A stretch of DNA of 64,000 nucleotides from Lingula anatina (lineage: Eukaryota; Animalia; Brachiopoda). The position numbers were made by a program, and so were the translations under genes. The DNA is taken from assembly GCA_051362555.1 (NCBI GenBank), contig CM120645.1:22320001-22384000 (forward strand), read 5' to 3'. The notes below the pieces were generated by a model, which saw only the letters and a list, made by a program, of their open reading frames with translations, had not been told where the DNA came from and searched no databases. This document shows positions 1 through 16,000 of this stretch, piece by piece. Numbering within the stretch: the first letter of the stretch is position 1; each line of letters begins with the position of its first letter.

Positions 1-939
1 ATTTAGAAACCTGCAATTTCTTAATACTAATGTGCATGTAGATGTATTAATGTTAACTTGCGACTACTAAACTTAATTGAAAGATGAGCAGTTGCTGTGT
101 GCCTTTAATTTATGGTATATTTTCGCACTGTGGAATGTTTTCGTAATCACGAGCAAATTAGTTTGTTTCGTTACGTCGCTTATTAACAACACATTTCAAC
201 TCCATTTAAACTTTCAGGTTATTAAGTGAATGAGATATACCATATTGCCAGTTTAATTAAGAAAATTGATTAAAGACACTGTTTTTAACGCCATAAAGCA
301 TCACTGAAAACCATATGACGTGTTGTTTTACATTTAAACACCCAATCCTGAAAAAGTATATCGGTCTAGTAAAGAACTAATAGATTCAACTCCCTGCTTG
401 CGTAACCTTATCAGTTTTCAGTAGCAATATTTTCTTTGTAAATGAGACGATGTTTTTTTCCTGTAATACATTTGTAAAATTATTTTCTAAAAAATTATCA
501 AATCATGAAAATGTTTTTGTCTGTAATCAGAGAGCGGACCTCACATCCAATGTCCTATACCCTAAATCTTATAATTCACATTGCGGGTTGGGAATGCACA
601 TTGGGGACGAAACTATTGACTTACTTTGTCTAATATTTGTGATGACTGAATGATTTTTCTTTGATCTTCGAGCTGTTTATAGTAGATTGATAATAACTGC
701 ATATCCCCTGTGAAAGTAGCATCTGAGCGCTATACGTGATAGTGCTCAAATTGTTGTTCTTCAAGGGGGCAATGTCGGTACCATATATTTACAATGCAAT
801 AAGCTAATGGGGAAATGTGAGAGGAGACATTATCGAAATGAAATGATCACATTCAATACAGATTTGCATTGTGAGTGTGTCTATTCAGGTAGATCACTCA
901 GGTGTTTTAGAGTATATGGAAAAATGATCCTGTTGTGTA

Positions 940-1001
<62 letters not shown>

Positions 1002-1003
1002 TG
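940..1003. repeat. Compound (CT)n(GT)n microsatellite
   Basis: Seen directly. Confidence 0.95.
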
Positions 1004-1879
1004 TATGCGGTATTTTTTTAAGGAAAGAGGCAGTGGCATAAATGTACAAATTAACAGTGGAGGAATCATAGCAGCACGCCAATGCCAGTACAACATGTGT
1101 CTATATAACACGTGGTACCCTATTTGACTGCCTATAATATAGACCCGCTATTGATCTACCAGTAGATGTCCAGATAAATGTCTCCTCTGGTCAGTAAATC
1201 ATCAGAGTTTTTTTTTTTCATTAACTTACGTTATATTAACCCGCCATACTCCTATCAAATTATAGTCTTTGAGTGTGCAGATAACTTACTAAGCTTATCT
1301 TGTCACAGTATTTGAAATATTGGAAAGGTCATTTTGAGGCAGATCGTGTATGCCTATACTAACGCGCCACTTGCCGTTTTAAAAAACCTAGTGTGGGTAG
1401 ATTAATACATTAAGATATTTATTCCCGCTTGTAGAAGGGAAATTATTTCGACTACAGGCGGTTCCAGTAGGTCGTTTTTCATACATCAAACATACACATA
1501 TTTATACTACTAACCTGTTTATAGTCAGTGTAAATATCCAGTATTTACACACATGTTAACGTTTGTATACGCTAAATCTTTCTTTTTCCATCGGGCGCAT
1601 GTTATGCTGTATCATATGAATGATATACATATCTGAGTATTGCAAAACAACCTTTAGATTTGACAAGAAGCTACGTTACAATTGACACAGAGAAGGATAT
1701 AAATAAAACGTCATCATGACAAAGTTATATATACAAATGTATATATATATATAAATTAACCTAATTTTAGGTGATACGATTTAGGATTGGAACCGTATCT
1801 CATTATTTTTCATATCAGTGAGCTAAGTGTAGATCGAGGTCATAAAGAACTCATTATTATTATTATCATTATTTTCCAG

Positions 1880-2020
1880 TTAAAGGAGTGGGTATGTAAC
1901 ATGTGCCAAAGAAGACGCCGCCTGGTGTTAAGCACGGGACTATGGTACCATGGTTACGAGTCAGGTAAACAACTCCAACAAGTCCAGCGGCTACTCAATA
2001 CAGCTGAACTCCATGCAAAG
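1880..2020 (+). CDS. Piccolo-like exon: C-terminal half of RIM/Piccolo-type Zn finger
   Basis: ttttccag|TTA AAG GAG TGG...AAG|gtaaga; [25 protein letters not shown] has the WxCxxC pair and an SGxWY-like Rab-effector motif. Confidence 0.85.
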
Positions 2021-5000
2021 GTAAGAGTGCTTCCGCCAGTATTTAAAATAAACTAAACTTTAAGTGTTTGACTGTGGTATCATTTGTTTTATGTATTTTA
2101 TTCAAGAATTGCTTACCTTTCCCAAACATCCCGAACATATATTTAGTTTCATACATTACATGTGGCCAACTATAGGATTTGTCAAAAGAATAGTATTTAT
2201 CTTGTCTTATTTAAAAGAAGAAAAAAGTCCATGAAACAAGATTAATTATTAAATGATTATAAAATGATAGGTCCAGCTCAAAAGAGAAGTAGGTGTGCAT
2301 GTCTCCAGTAACATTGCCCCAGATGTTACATTTTACTGAAGCGCCCTCTGTTGAGTGTCACGATGTCTAGTAAAAGGGGTGGGGGCAGTAGCGGTAAATA
2401 TGCCCATTACAGCTATTAGCTCCGGCTAAGTTTCCGCTCATGTAGAAAAGTCGTCAAGATCGAAAATGCATAAAAAGGCACATTTTTGAATCCATACAAG
2501 AAATGTCCTTATTTGACCCTTGGAGGCTTTCAATCATAAGATATAACACTTTGCCCCATAATAACGGTTCCACGTCAATAATGGGTTAGATACATGTATC
2601 GAGGGTTTGTGGGTTTCAACATTTGCACTATCTATGATTGCCCAGTTCTGTCAACATAATAAAGGCAAACCGCAGCTGATTTGCTTGGTAAAGTTCCTTA
2701 AAGGTTAAAAAGTCAATGATCCCGAACATGGCAAATATTGAAAAAACGAGTACTCACTGCTAAATTTTATTTTCAAGACGCTTACCAATAACGCTCGAGG
2801 GTCGATAAAATATTGCTGAATGTTTAGTAGACAATGTGTGGGTCTCATGGTTCCGCATCTTTCCATATGTTTGTTGCAGAATTTCATCTTTTTATTATCT
2901 CAAATCATGCTCTGACACAACGAATCGGGGCTATACAACTAAGTTGTTTGCTTTCAGATATCAAAACTAACAATTTACCACATTTAGAATAAATTGTTTT
3001 CAACAAACGTGGGCTACAGGACCGTAGCCTTTATTATTGAGGTTTCAGATATAGCAACACTGTGCGTCAGAGAACACTGTTGGATGTTTGTCCAAAATAA
3101 CTTACAGTATCTGATCCGTCATTTAAAATAATCAGAAACACATTACTGCGATCTTTATATATCTCGGATATCGTCCATAAGTTCCGATTCCACTTTATAA
3201 AATGGCCCTGCGTCACAGAATATGATGATGGAAGCATTACAAGATGAATTATCTGTCGACAGCGAAATGTGGTGCTTGTGTAGCAATTCTGTGCCTAGTG
3301 TTTTCTAATGTGGCGACAAAAACGGGGAGATGCGTGAGATCTAGATCAAAAACGAGAGGAATTAACGACATGGCAGTTTGGCACTTTTATTTGAACATAC
3401 AAAAATCAATTACATTTAGATGTACCGGTACATAATAAGATTAGAGATCAACACAGTTTACAGTAACACTAGAACAGAAATAGTTTTTAGAATAAAGAGT
3501 GAAGTGTAATTTCTGCCTAGACTGTCAATTACACAGAGTTGATATGACCATGTTCACATTCATTCCCCCATAGCCAATTCTTCATGCATGCATGCACAAA
3601 AGGTACTAATCCATTGTAGCTGTTGTGTTGCATTGTGTGGTCTTCTCATACGTCAGCGCCACCTTCCACATCTTGGTTAGCTCTCCGTGCAATGTTTACA
3701 TACTATTGTCGATGGATATACCCTAGTAATTCCTGAACATTAAATGCAGGAAGTATGTTTTACTTTCCACAGCACCACGGCACCGAAATTGGCCAGTTGG
3801 CTTTAATCGGGACTTAAGGCTGTGTTTAGAATATAAGTTATCGTACTAGCAGGGTCGATCTTTCTCAGCGGGGACTCTCGCTAAGGGTCAGTCAATACAA
3901 TCGGTTTAATTGTCTGACACATGAACAACATCGTGAACCCCAAAGTTTTCCCAACTTTTCCAGAGTACTTTTAAGTTTTGAGGGGGTGCCTGACAATTAA
4001 ACTGATTACATTGACTGCGCCTTAGCCAGAATCCCCACTGACATTCTGCGAGTACAATAACCTCTATTCTGAACACAGCTTTACTGTATAGCGCCGCGGT
4101 AACAATACCGCGTCCCGGATTTGTTTTGATGTTTAATTTGTGAAACAAAATAGGAGTAATTCTACAACAAGAACATCAATATCGTTCACATACACCGGAG
4201 ATAGATACTGTGCGATCTACCCTTAGACAATTACAAAGCAAAACACGACAGTACACCAATGGTGATATTTAAAAAACTTTGTAGTACAAACTCTCGTTGT
4301 AGCGTCAGCTGTGTTGATAAACCATCAACAATTTGTTTGATGTTGAAATCTAACACGTCCTTTCTCCCAGCGGATACCTCACAACGAAACAGTGGTAAAA
4401 GTTTGTAATTAGCCGGAATGGAAAACTCATGTTTATACGTCTCGTTTTTCTTGGAAGTGAGGTTGTGCACGCGGACAGCCCTTTCATGTTATTAATTGGT
4501 GGTGTAGGTGCCGCAGAGCCAATTGTCAGAACGCCCAGGGGCTGCTCTGTGATAATTAACGTCAGCACTTCACAGTTGATTGCTGCAGTGTCTCTGATAA
4601 ATGGAATCATCCGTCACTGCAGATATATAAGTTGTTATTTGGAAATGAATATATCATCCAACAGATGTACATGTACTTACAAATAACGTTGCTGGCAGTT
4701 TGGTCATTTTATGATGGGCGAGCATGTTTGATTAAGCCATTTGAAAATAGAATTAGATTTTTCTCATCATAATATGTGCAAGAAGTAACTAAATATGTTG
4801 GCTTTTCAACACCTTAAGACGTATGACTCAGGTACCGACGTGTCCAATAACATGATGTTTGTATACATTTGGTGTACTCATAACGCACAATAATTCAATA
4901 CAATTGGCAATAATTCGTGTCTATATTTAGGGCGAAAAGGTCAAGAAATGTATTTAATATCTGTTCTCATGTTATTTTGAGGTTACTTTTTTAACTTCTT

Positions 5001-6971
5001 AAAGTAAAAAAGAAACAAAATATCAGAAACTCACCCATGTATTCAACGTACTTTCAGTTCGTGATTTGGCCCCTTGCACAAGTTTATACCTAACAGTTTA
5101 TAACTTAATTTGTCTTTGTGCACAACATAAGTATACGTTGCAACGTCCTGTTTGTATATATACACACGATGGCATGGAAACTAGTAAAATTAATGTGAAT
5201 AATGTAGATAAATTAATTTGGTCAGTCTGCAGTATTATTGGGCTTAAAGTTCTACGAAGAAATGGAAGGTACATAGGCCAATTTTAGCGTTCAAGACCTT
5301 AGTGTCGCATCTACCTTGAAGGAAAGAATGTTGTGATGCCCTTGTCATCAATCAATTGCACCGCTTCTTGTCGTCGGAAAGTGTACACGTTCATTATGTT
5401 TTAATGGACACATATTTACGCAGTCAAATCTTGTTGACACAATGTTACCGCGCGTGGTTTCCTGCTAATGTCTGTTTACTTGGACGTTATGAACGTGGCA
5501 CGGGATTGATATTTGACCGCCTGGCTAATTATAACGCATTAATTGCCTTTGATATGGCTTTCACGTCCACATTTACTGTGATTGCGTAGGTAAAGAATGA
5601 TAAGTTTACATGAAGGTCGCGTATTTTGGTAAAAAAAACATAAACAACACTCCAAACAGGAACATAAACCTCAAAGTGTTCAAACCATTAGATACCCACG
5701 CAATGCGTTTAGTTAGAATTAGACAGAAATGGCCTCAAGTACTTAATGAGCAGTGAAATCTGAGTCATTAAGATCGAGGAGTTCTGCGTGAATGCTAAAT
5801 AGGTGAACTCTGTATTAAAAGGTAGCGGTCAATGGTACCAACAATTAAACGCTTCCCATCTAATTAAACAGAGCTAATGGATATCTACTGTAGAAATTAC
5901 CTTCATTGAACGGACTGCTAATAGCAATGGTTAGGGTCGATTTTAAGGCCGTTGACCTTAGAATTGGCTGTTCTTATTCTGCGTTTCTGAGTAACAGGTT
6001 GAATGAGTTTTCTTGTCTGAATGTATTCAGCCTGCATTTCACTGTCATGGTGGTGAAGTAACATGTCTTCTTCATTTAACATTATTGCAGAAAGAAAAAC
6101 AAAAAAGCTGGATACGCGTATGTCATAAACGTCATTCGATAGTGCCAAGAATTAATTATTTCCCTCCACGCACCTGTCAGTAATACTCCCAGAGCCATAC
6201 GAATATATAGTTTCAGGAACATTTTGATGCCTCATTATTATCATTTCATTTCCACGTGGTTTTGCAAGAAGAATCAGTTGTTTCCGTTGACCAAACCTTT
6301 GGTCACAGTGCCACTACGTCTATTAAGGACACATAAAAAGGTTATTTTTTATTCCATAAATCAAATGTGTCTGATAACAGCACAAGACACAATGAAAAGG
6401 TTATGTCGTATTTTATACCACAGTTCTGCTGAGTTCCCTACATATTGCTATTGACATATCTTTCAAGTATTGATAACTGCATCATTTTAACAAAGGAGCT
6501 TTTTAGGTAAAACTATCGTCATCAGCCAATGGGGGAAACCTCGTTAACAAAAACATAGTCTCTACGTGATCGGCAGTAAATGCGTGTTCATTCCACTGAC
6601 GAACATAACTCGTATTAAAGCCCAAATCCAGACGCAGATTAAGACAAACGTTAACTTCAAATCACCATTTGTGCAATAGTAGATTTCCCAAAAGACACGT
6701 GTACAAAGTGATGGGGTTCTGTTTCATATGGATAATGCAGGCGTATGGGTGGTACGTATGATATTGACAGATAGCTTAGTGCCCGCTTTAAGCGCTCATT
6801 CGCGTGAACATTACCCTGTACGAAAGATTCTTTCGTGATACAGGATTTGGTTGCTATCGATTTGTACAGGTAAACACCGTCCTAGGTTTTGACGTAAAAC
6901 TAACCTAAACCTGTATGGCTCTGATAAAAGATGGACTCTCTGTTACACGAACCATCAGCCACGCAAACACG

Positions 6972-7024
<53 letters not shown>

Positions 7025-10000
7025 TAACACAGACTATCGGTTGTCTATGCTACCTTTTCAGGCACGCTTATGTGACTAATAAATAGTGGTGCTATACTCC
7101 AAGCATTCAGGTCGATATGCTAGTATTATACCGTAACTTTTCTATGCAAAAAGAAATCCCCACGATTGTCTAACAGACAGCAGGTTTCCCTGCGTAGAAA
7201 ACCTGAAGTCAATACTGTCCTAGAATTAAAGATATTCCTTTCGTAGAAGCGTGATGGTGCCATATTAACGTAGGTAAGCCATAATAAGACACATAATAAG
7301 ATACTAAATTAGAGGTAGTTTTGTCAAATACCGTAATAGCCAGGTTAAATGCAAAATCCACTTTAATAATCCATTTTTCTAATACGCAATTTGCTTTTCG
7401 GCATGATCAAGCCAATTTGTGCAAAAGCGGACATCTATATTTAGATCCCATGACTCAACTGCACCTGTGTCCCTGGATGACACAAATACATGACTGTGTA
7501 CTTCCACTTATTGTATCTAGATTATGGTTACCAGATTATGACACGAAGAGTGCAGTATGTAGAGTAAGGTACCCATAACATGACCTTGATTATGATATCT
7601 GTTTGGTACCCGGAGTATGGTATCAAAGTAATGGTCCCTGGAAATAATTCCCAGGACATTGTACCTAAAGATTTGTACCCACGGTAAGGATATGGCACCT
7701 GCCGGGATAAAATATATAGTATTCAGAGTTTAATATGTAGAACATGGTTCTTATGGTATGGCATCAGTAGAAAGGTACTTAGAGTATGATTCTCAGAATC
7801 TCGTACCCGCAGTTTGATACGTAGAGCAAAGTCCCTAGGGTTTAGTTTCATAGTGAAGTACCTACGGTATAATGCCAGGAATATGATACCCGTAGTTTGA
7901 TACCTGGAGTATGGTGCCCAGTGTATGGTATATTCTATAGTTTAGTGCAGTACCTAGTATACATTGGTTCCCAGAGTATAGTGCGCGTGGTTTGAAACCA
8001 CTTTCTCAAGCGTGTATCCCTTCTTTACACTTGAAAAAGTATACTCTTAACGCATAGCAATTACTACATTACGTTATTAACCCTGTACACAGAAACATTT
8101 ATATATTGCTGCACATAAATGAAATGGCGAAATAAGACTGTGCAAAGCCACACAGGGAAAACACTCGTACGTGACTCACATTGTTCAAGTCCGGGCGTTC
8201 GCGTTCCTATTCATAGATGTGAGTACAAAGAGAACACAGAAAGTACAGAGAGTTGTGTTTGTGCTGTAATATTCAAGGGAAATGCGTCAAAAGATTGGCT
8301 CACGTGTACATGTCAAGAGTATGATCGATTACACAACCTTACTCACAGAAACTCGCAAAGAAAATGTAAAACAACAGCAGCACTTGTTTTTTCTTCTTTT
8401 TCCTGAAGTCACGCGTAACCACAAAATACTAGAAGATGGTAGAACGTTCTATTATGTCGACGTTGGGCAATGTAGAAAGATGATCACGCGTAGGATACAA
8501 ACACGTGTTATTTATGCACAAACAAGTGTGCTGTAAACAAGAGGGCTGAAAGTGTGTTCTTATTTGAGTGCCTGTTTTGAGCATGTTCGCGAATTTATGT
8601 CAGCGTGCTTGTGAATGTTTGCTTACATAACTGTCATAACTAACATAACAAAATTGTCATGTTAACTGCGACGCCGTATAAGAAACTAATTTCAACGATA
8701 AAAAAATAAGCCTTTTGGGAATTTTTAGAAACATTTCGTATAACGAGAATACTATTCCCCAAATAAGGTTTTAATAAAATTGTGGCTGAAAAATCCTGAC
8801 ATTGCAAAACGGGTTTATACACGTTTGGAAGGCTGTTAATATTTAGTTGGTGCTATTATCTTCTAGGAATTCCGATTTGCACAGCCATACAGCGGTCTAA
8901 TCAGAGATGTTATTACCGTTCTGAGATAAAACAAATTGCAGATACCAATTACCCGAGAGTTCATAGCGATAGATACACAAAGTTCAATCTTAGTTAACAT
9001 AACCTACGCTTTTTTTATTCCACTTGGACTTTGGCGTAAAGCAAACGCCATCAGGGCGCAATTCTGTCAGTGCGATTCAACGAATTATATCTGTGTATAG
9101 TACATGCCTTTTTCCTCCATTACGCAGGCGTCACACAGGAAAAGACCGCCATTAGAACGCAGCTCTTCCTTAACGCAATACGAGAACCTTAAGGAATACG
9201 AACACAAGCAAGAAGAGAAGGAGAAGCGAGAGAGGAAGCCATTAACTCGCCAGGGGTCGCTCCCTACGGACATAGATGAATCAGAGGCGATCCAAAATGG
9301 ACGGCCCTTGTCCACAATACGAGAATCAAGCCGGAGCCTAAGCAGTCTCAGTAGCATAGAGGGGGACTCCTTTAAATCCGGTAAGTAGCACCCGAACAAC
9401 AGGGAGACTTTGGTATTTTCTACCGGAAAGGCGTGCTTTGCACCAAATACGCGTAGCAGATGTTTGTAAACCCTGGATAGAATAAGAAATGCCTTTATGT
9501 ACGGAATATAATGACATTATGCACAAAATAACATATGAGCATTTTAACTTAAATACTCATTTCAATGTATGTTAATTATTGATTCATTTAATTTTGCCGT
9601 TTGTAAATCTATCCTTAATGCTACATTGCATAATCTTACCACAAGAGATTAAGCCATATTAGCATTTAAAACAGTGCAAATAAAGCATTTCTAAAATGGG
9701 TCAGAATTTGCTTACTGTCGGTAATGCAGTTCTCCGTTATCAAGGCAACTAATAAAACGACTCATCCATCAGTTAAATTTCTACATTAAAGTATAAGCCT
9801 TATAACCACAAAATCATTTATTGTTGTGTTTTTCGTGGGTGAATAATCTGAGTGGTAATTACCCAACCCGGCTTCTCTTTGCTGTGGGAATAGCAACAGT
9901 ATACAGGGAATATTCTACAATCAGATCAGCGGTATAACTAACTGCATATCCATTTTGTTGCTAATGATAAAACAATAACAATAACAATAACAATAACAGG

Positions 10001-13000
10001 TTGGACAGCAGACAGATGATTCAATAAACGTAAATCTGAGACACATGTCTGGGAACTACTAGAAAACAGAAGCAAAAATATTTGAATAATCACAATATTA
10101 ACAATAAGCTAGGCCTAGGCGGCGGAAAGCATTTTGGATCCTTTGGAGGTAATACTGTTGGTAATCAACTTATCAGTAATGACCCATATATATTATTGAA
10201 TTGTACTCGGACCCATGTCTCTTGGTACTACGTTTACACCAACCCTTCCCCCACGTAGCACCAAAAGGGCTGAGAGCCCGTCGGATTTGGGACATGTAGT
10301 TATTTGATGTTCTTTACTACACTTCAAATTATTTTTAAAAAGCCTTTGGCCGGATTTCTTTTAAAGCAGCAATTTATATTAATTGATATACAATATAGGG
10401 AACTGCGTTTCCTCGACCATTAGCCATACAGACATCCGTTGCCTTTAATGTCTAATAAAGAGATATAGCCTCCTAGACGATTGAGGCGTGAATGAATTAT
10501 GCGGCCGTCATATCCAGTGGTTGGGAATTAGAGCTATTTGAGCTGAAAGTAATTGACAGGTTCAAAGGAACCGTAGACTTTGACGCATTTCTAGGAAACC
10601 GGACACAGGAGCGCCCTCGCAAAGTAAAGCAAAAGCAATAGATTTATCGCCTTGTAATAAGAGTCATGTTTTACTTGTGCCCAAGAACCTCTCAGAAGGA
10701 ACGCATAAAAATAAATTGGAATACACACATTTCCTTTCCACCCTTTTTTCCCTAAGTGTTCTATTACGATCAATGCAATTCAAAGCATCGTCGTAGTAGG
10801 TGCAGTCGCGCGTGGGGGAGTTGAATAAATACGTTTTTGTCGGTTTGATTTTGATGAAAATACTCCAGGTCATAGACGACAATATATGACGTAGATTTGC
10901 ATCCGGGGATTCTATTTTGGTAAACATCGCGTATTTGACGAAAATTGAAATTTTCTTTCTAAATATGGTCTTAAATGGATCCGCTCTCATATTATACAAA
11001 GTCGAATTATAACCCTATTTTAGAAAACAATATTTTTAATCTTAAACTCTTAAAATAAATAAATGAATAAATAAATAAATGTATAAATTATTGTATTTTT
11101 TCTTACAGGTCGAGTTCACGATGTTGAGGGAAAGGAGAAGCAGCTAAAGTGCAACAACCAAGTGCCTTACGAAACGCCAGACTCCCACTCCAACTCCACT
11201 AATCAATTTTCTTTTTCGCACACGCGACCATCTTCCCTGTCGTTCGATAACAAGCAGGAAAAGCCTCGAGCATCTCCTCCTAAAGAAATTCGTAGGCTAC
11301 AGCCGTCAGACAAGAAGCGCCCGGAGCCTGACCCTTCCACAAAGGTTCCGGTGAAGCAGGCAAAGCACATAGCACCTGCCGACATAGGAGTGGAGCGCCG
11401 CCGCCAGAAGGATCTTCTAGAACTGGAGAAACGCTCAGCAGCAGCAGCAGTAACAGCGGCGGCGTATTCCTCACACCATCACTCACACGAATTTCGTCTC
11501 CACAGACCTGGTGCGCCGACAGCACTGCCGAGTCTGGATGATAGAATACTCCACCGCTCTCACTCCGCGGGGGAGCGGTCTATGTCGACCGATAGTTCCA
11601 CCAGTCCCCGGAGTCTCTCACCGTCATTCGGCTCCCCCGGGAGCTACCGAGACAGCCCCCCTCGCTCCCCTTTACTCCGCAAGCTCTCGCCTCCGTTATC
11701 CCCGCACGAGGATGTTTTCCCTATAGCTCTGATAGACATATCACCACCGCATGACGGGTTTGAAAATATGACGGAGCCTAATGGATCGCCCCAAGTTTTA
11801 CTTGAAGGTGATTTAAATTCCAATGTGGTCTTACCCACTACGGGAAACCGCAGGACGAAAACATTCAAAGAAAATGACTCCTTTCCGCCGGTTAAACCGA
11901 GACGCAAAGAGGGGAGTTTTGAAGATTCCGATCTGGATTATTCACGGGGCATAGACCTTGCAACATTCGCGGCCACGATAGCCAGTGATACCTACAATTT
12001 GACCAGCCTAACGGCGTCTCCGACACATTTATTAAAAGTCGGACCAGACGGTAGTAAGGAATATGCAGACGGTTCACCAGAATCATCGCCTTCCCCCGTC
12101 TCACCCATTTTCTTAGAAGAGATTGATGAAGGCGGGCACGATATTGACGATCCAACAGAGAAAGAAATTGATTACCAAGGTACCCAGAGACAGAAAGCAA
12201 GGCCTCCGAGCAATGATTGGTCCCCGGTGACCGATCTATCTCCAATAATCGATGTCTCCCCTTCCATCGAGGAGGAAGCTCAGAGAGAGATGCTGGCTCA
12301 ACAAGAGCAGGAGAAGAAAGCTCAGCAAGCACAGCTGATTCCTGGAATGATCACGTCATACGAGTCAGAGGAATGGGAAGACGAGGACGTTTACTCATCG
12401 ACCGGGTCTCTGAAGCGTTCTCAGAGATTCGACGATATCAGCACGCTAGGTTTCAATGGGTCAGCTCCCAAAAGGCTAATCGAGTATATAGACAGCTTTG
12501 ACAGTATCGACAGCTGGGATGACATTGACCCTAAGACAAAGGATGAACGCAGGCTCAAAGACTCAAAATCTCCTTCAAAACTAGATGGGGATCCGAATGC
12601 AAATTACCCCGCCACATCGGAAGCCGTTAAGCATGTGATATCCGAGACTGTGAAAGCCACTGTGTTTCAGGGAGACAGTTTCAGTGACGACTCTATAACA
12701 CAAACAAATGAGCACGCCCGAGACGCGCGCGATGATCGATTAAAAGGACATGCTGATCAATACAACCCTACGCAAAGGTCAGAAGCTAAAATTAATTCAA
12801 AAGAGAAGGAATGTAGAGCACAGGATGTTACCGTACCGCCCAGCTCTAAACAATTGCAAGCGCTAGTGGCCAGTTCTGTGAAAAATGAAAGGACGAAGTC
12901 GGATTTCATAACCGGAAATACATCCGCCAGCACAGGAACAGGGTCTCCGGCGCGAGACAAGAACAGTAAGGGGCGACCCACTCCGCTGATTTTAGAGCTG

Positions 13001-16000
13001 CCATCCAAGGGATACGAGGACGGAGACAGTAACGTGTCTCCACATTACAAGGTTTTAGACTCGCCGCGAACCCCACGCGAACAGCGTCAAGGGAGCGACA
13101 CTGTAAGAGGAGGGGAGTACAAAGACGAGGGAAGACCGTACAGCCCTGGCTATACGTCTACGGAATACGATGAGGAGACGTACTGGTATCCTAGCCCGGT
13201 CCCCACCCCCGAATACGCCACGTCTCCGCCCGTGCCCCGGTCACCTTCGTATCTACCCAAAGAAGAAGAGCTGCGCCAAGCCGTCGAGAAGCTGACACAA
13301 TACACATCCGATTCCATTTCCGATGACGAGTGGATGAACTTGAAGGTAAATATGTTTTACAGATTACTCTTAGATCTAGAGTAACTACCAGCCAATCATG
13401 GTGCTGACGCCTTGATATTTACGGGGTACCTTTAATACGATCACTATCCGGCTGGGATTTGAGCAGGCATCAACGCCGATATTAATCTAATACCTTCATT
13501 TCCCATTTGGCTCTCAACTTTATGATTAGAACCTTAAAAGGTTTTAGAAGGTATTCACCAAAGCTGGGAGAAAAACCAATAATCGAATTCAGGGACCACG
13601 TGTACATAACCTACAGTTTAACTAGTAGAAATATGTGCAGTTTCCCAATACGACTAACCTGACCCCCGTTGTGTACTGGCTATATGCCCATGATTTAAAA
13701 TGATCGATCCATATTATGGAGTATATAAAATCAATTAAGTCTTTACGAGGAGAAAAGTCCACATTCTAAAGCAGCACGCGGCGGCGGTGTGCTGTGGTCT
13801 GAACGCAGCTCAAATGCCAGATAAACCGCTGGTACTATCAGGCGTGAATTAGCTTTATATTTTATTAAAACACACTGTATCATTACCATGGTAATTGAAG
13901 TCCCGGGGAGAATTGTTCTCTCAGCAAATGGTCGATAATACACCGCCGATGATCTCAGCTCATTGGTTATTTTTCTTCACAGGGTGAAAGTAATATGGAC
14001 GAGGCGGGGACGGCCAGAAAGCAGGGCAGGCGGAGACTGCCTTCGGTGCCTGGCAGTGAGCAGCAGCAACCAAAGCCCGTTCCTCCTCCAAAACCGGCTC
14101 ATTTACTGGCGAGGAAGCATTCTGGAGAATTGCCTGTCGTTTCTAACAATACTCCGCCTGGAGGCCTCACAGTGGCAGACACTACTCCAAGCCGTGGCAT
14201 GTATAAAAACGGGACTGTCCATGAATCACCAAGCCGAACAATGAAAGTGAATAGTTTTGAAAAAACCGAAGGCAGTGCTGCCCCCAAGGAGAAAGGTGTC
14301 CTTGTGGCTAAAAGGGCACAGATGTTTGACACCCCAAAACGAACACTACCGGAGCATAGGACAAAGGACGCTGTGGACGCCGGTAAGAGAACGCCAGCAG
14401 TAAAAGATACTCAGGGATCTAAAACTGCAGAACGCAGAGGGAGCAGTGAGTTGAAAAGGCAAACTGATACAGCAGCCAGACAAGGAGGTGTGTCAAAAAA
14501 TCAAAACGGTCACCGTGCTAGTGTCGAGCTGTCGACCGACCAAGGTGATGTCGATGATGAAGACATCAATGTCTATGGGTACAGAATTCCCACGGAAATT
14601 AAAACGTTAAAACAGCAGCTAAAAGAGGAGTTGAAATTAGTCGTAGCCACGAGGAGGAAATATTACGACGAAATGGAAGAGATTCGTGCCCTGGAGAAAC
14701 AGCTGGATGAGATCAGATCACTGGAGGATAAGCAACGTGTGGAGCTTAATGAAAAATTACAGCTTATGAGACGAGACACAGACAGGAGGCTAAAAAGCAG
14801 CAGAGATCGGTCAACGGAAAGGGATAGGGGTGAACGAGACGGGGGAGATTCTGTAGACTCGGTAAGCATCGCTAGTGATTCCAGTGGGGAAGACAGGCTG
14901 GTCGCTACCACTGCTACCGCGTCTAGTGCGCAGCGGAAGTTGACACCTGTTCCTGTGCAACTGCGCATGTCGCCTCAGGCATCACCAAGACGGGCCCGTC
15001 ACAAGAAACAGACAGCTGAAAGTATGGTGGCCCAATTTTCACCAATTAAAGAAGATAATGATATAGAGAGCGATTTTCAAGCTCGACTTGAAGCCGAACG
15101 CATAGCCAAATCTCTAGGCACCATGCCACCTGATGTAGACGCACTTCCTGGCGGTACAGATGCTAAGACACAACACGCGAGACGATCATGTACTAATGAA
15201 GTTGGCGGTTTAGATAATAGCACTTCTTCCCCTAACTTAAGTAAACACGTGCACGATTTTAAAGCATATGTTAGCCCCGAGGCCAAATACGGTAGACTAA
15301 GTGTGAGCGCGTCAGACCTCCAGGCAAAACAACGTCTTCCTCATCACCCAAATGATGAGATTGAAAAGAGATATCGGGAAGAAAAGAAGCAGCATCTGCA
15401 GTTGGAAATAGAAAAAAGGAAACGGCAAATCGAAGAAAATGCCATGTTGCAAGGGGAATTGAGAAAGATTGCCGAGTCAAATTCCTCGATGGAGATCTCT
15501 CAGGCAACAGACTTTAAGCGTTCGCAAAGCCACGATTCGGTTGGCTACAGGACTAGAGAGAACATACCCATCGGAATTATAAAACCTTTGGAAGACAAAC
15601 GATCGACGTTGCCACAGGGACATGGACTCGATGAACGTCAATCTTCCGACTTCGAGGACATATTTGTGGGAAGAAAATCAATGTCTCTGACAGCCTCTCG
15701 TATCGAGAACTATAGCTCGTCGGAGTACTTAGCCCACAAAACTCTTCACGGCGAAGAAAAGGCCTCTCTTTCCTCCTCACCATACAAACAGCAGCAACAA
15801 CAGTACACAAAGCTCGCGCAGTCGCAGCCCTCTCTCTTCTCCTCCAGCAAGGACTCGGGGATGTCCAGCTCTCATACACTGGCCGAGTGGCCACAGAGGT
15901 CCACCGTAGACTTATCTACCTTTTACGACGGATATTCCGATTTTTCGAACCCACCCACGGAGGGGGAGACCAGTCCCCACAGCGAGTCCCCGCCCCCCAT

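Noticed and set aside
807-1127. ORFs with [12 protein letters not shown] or RERERE/HTHTHT runs (also 39028-39463)
   Set aside because: These are translations of dinucleotide microsatellites
11203-15894. Many overlapping or antisense ORFs of 60-146 aa
   Set aside because: Shadows of the GC-richer giant Piccolo exons; no motifs or independent splice signals
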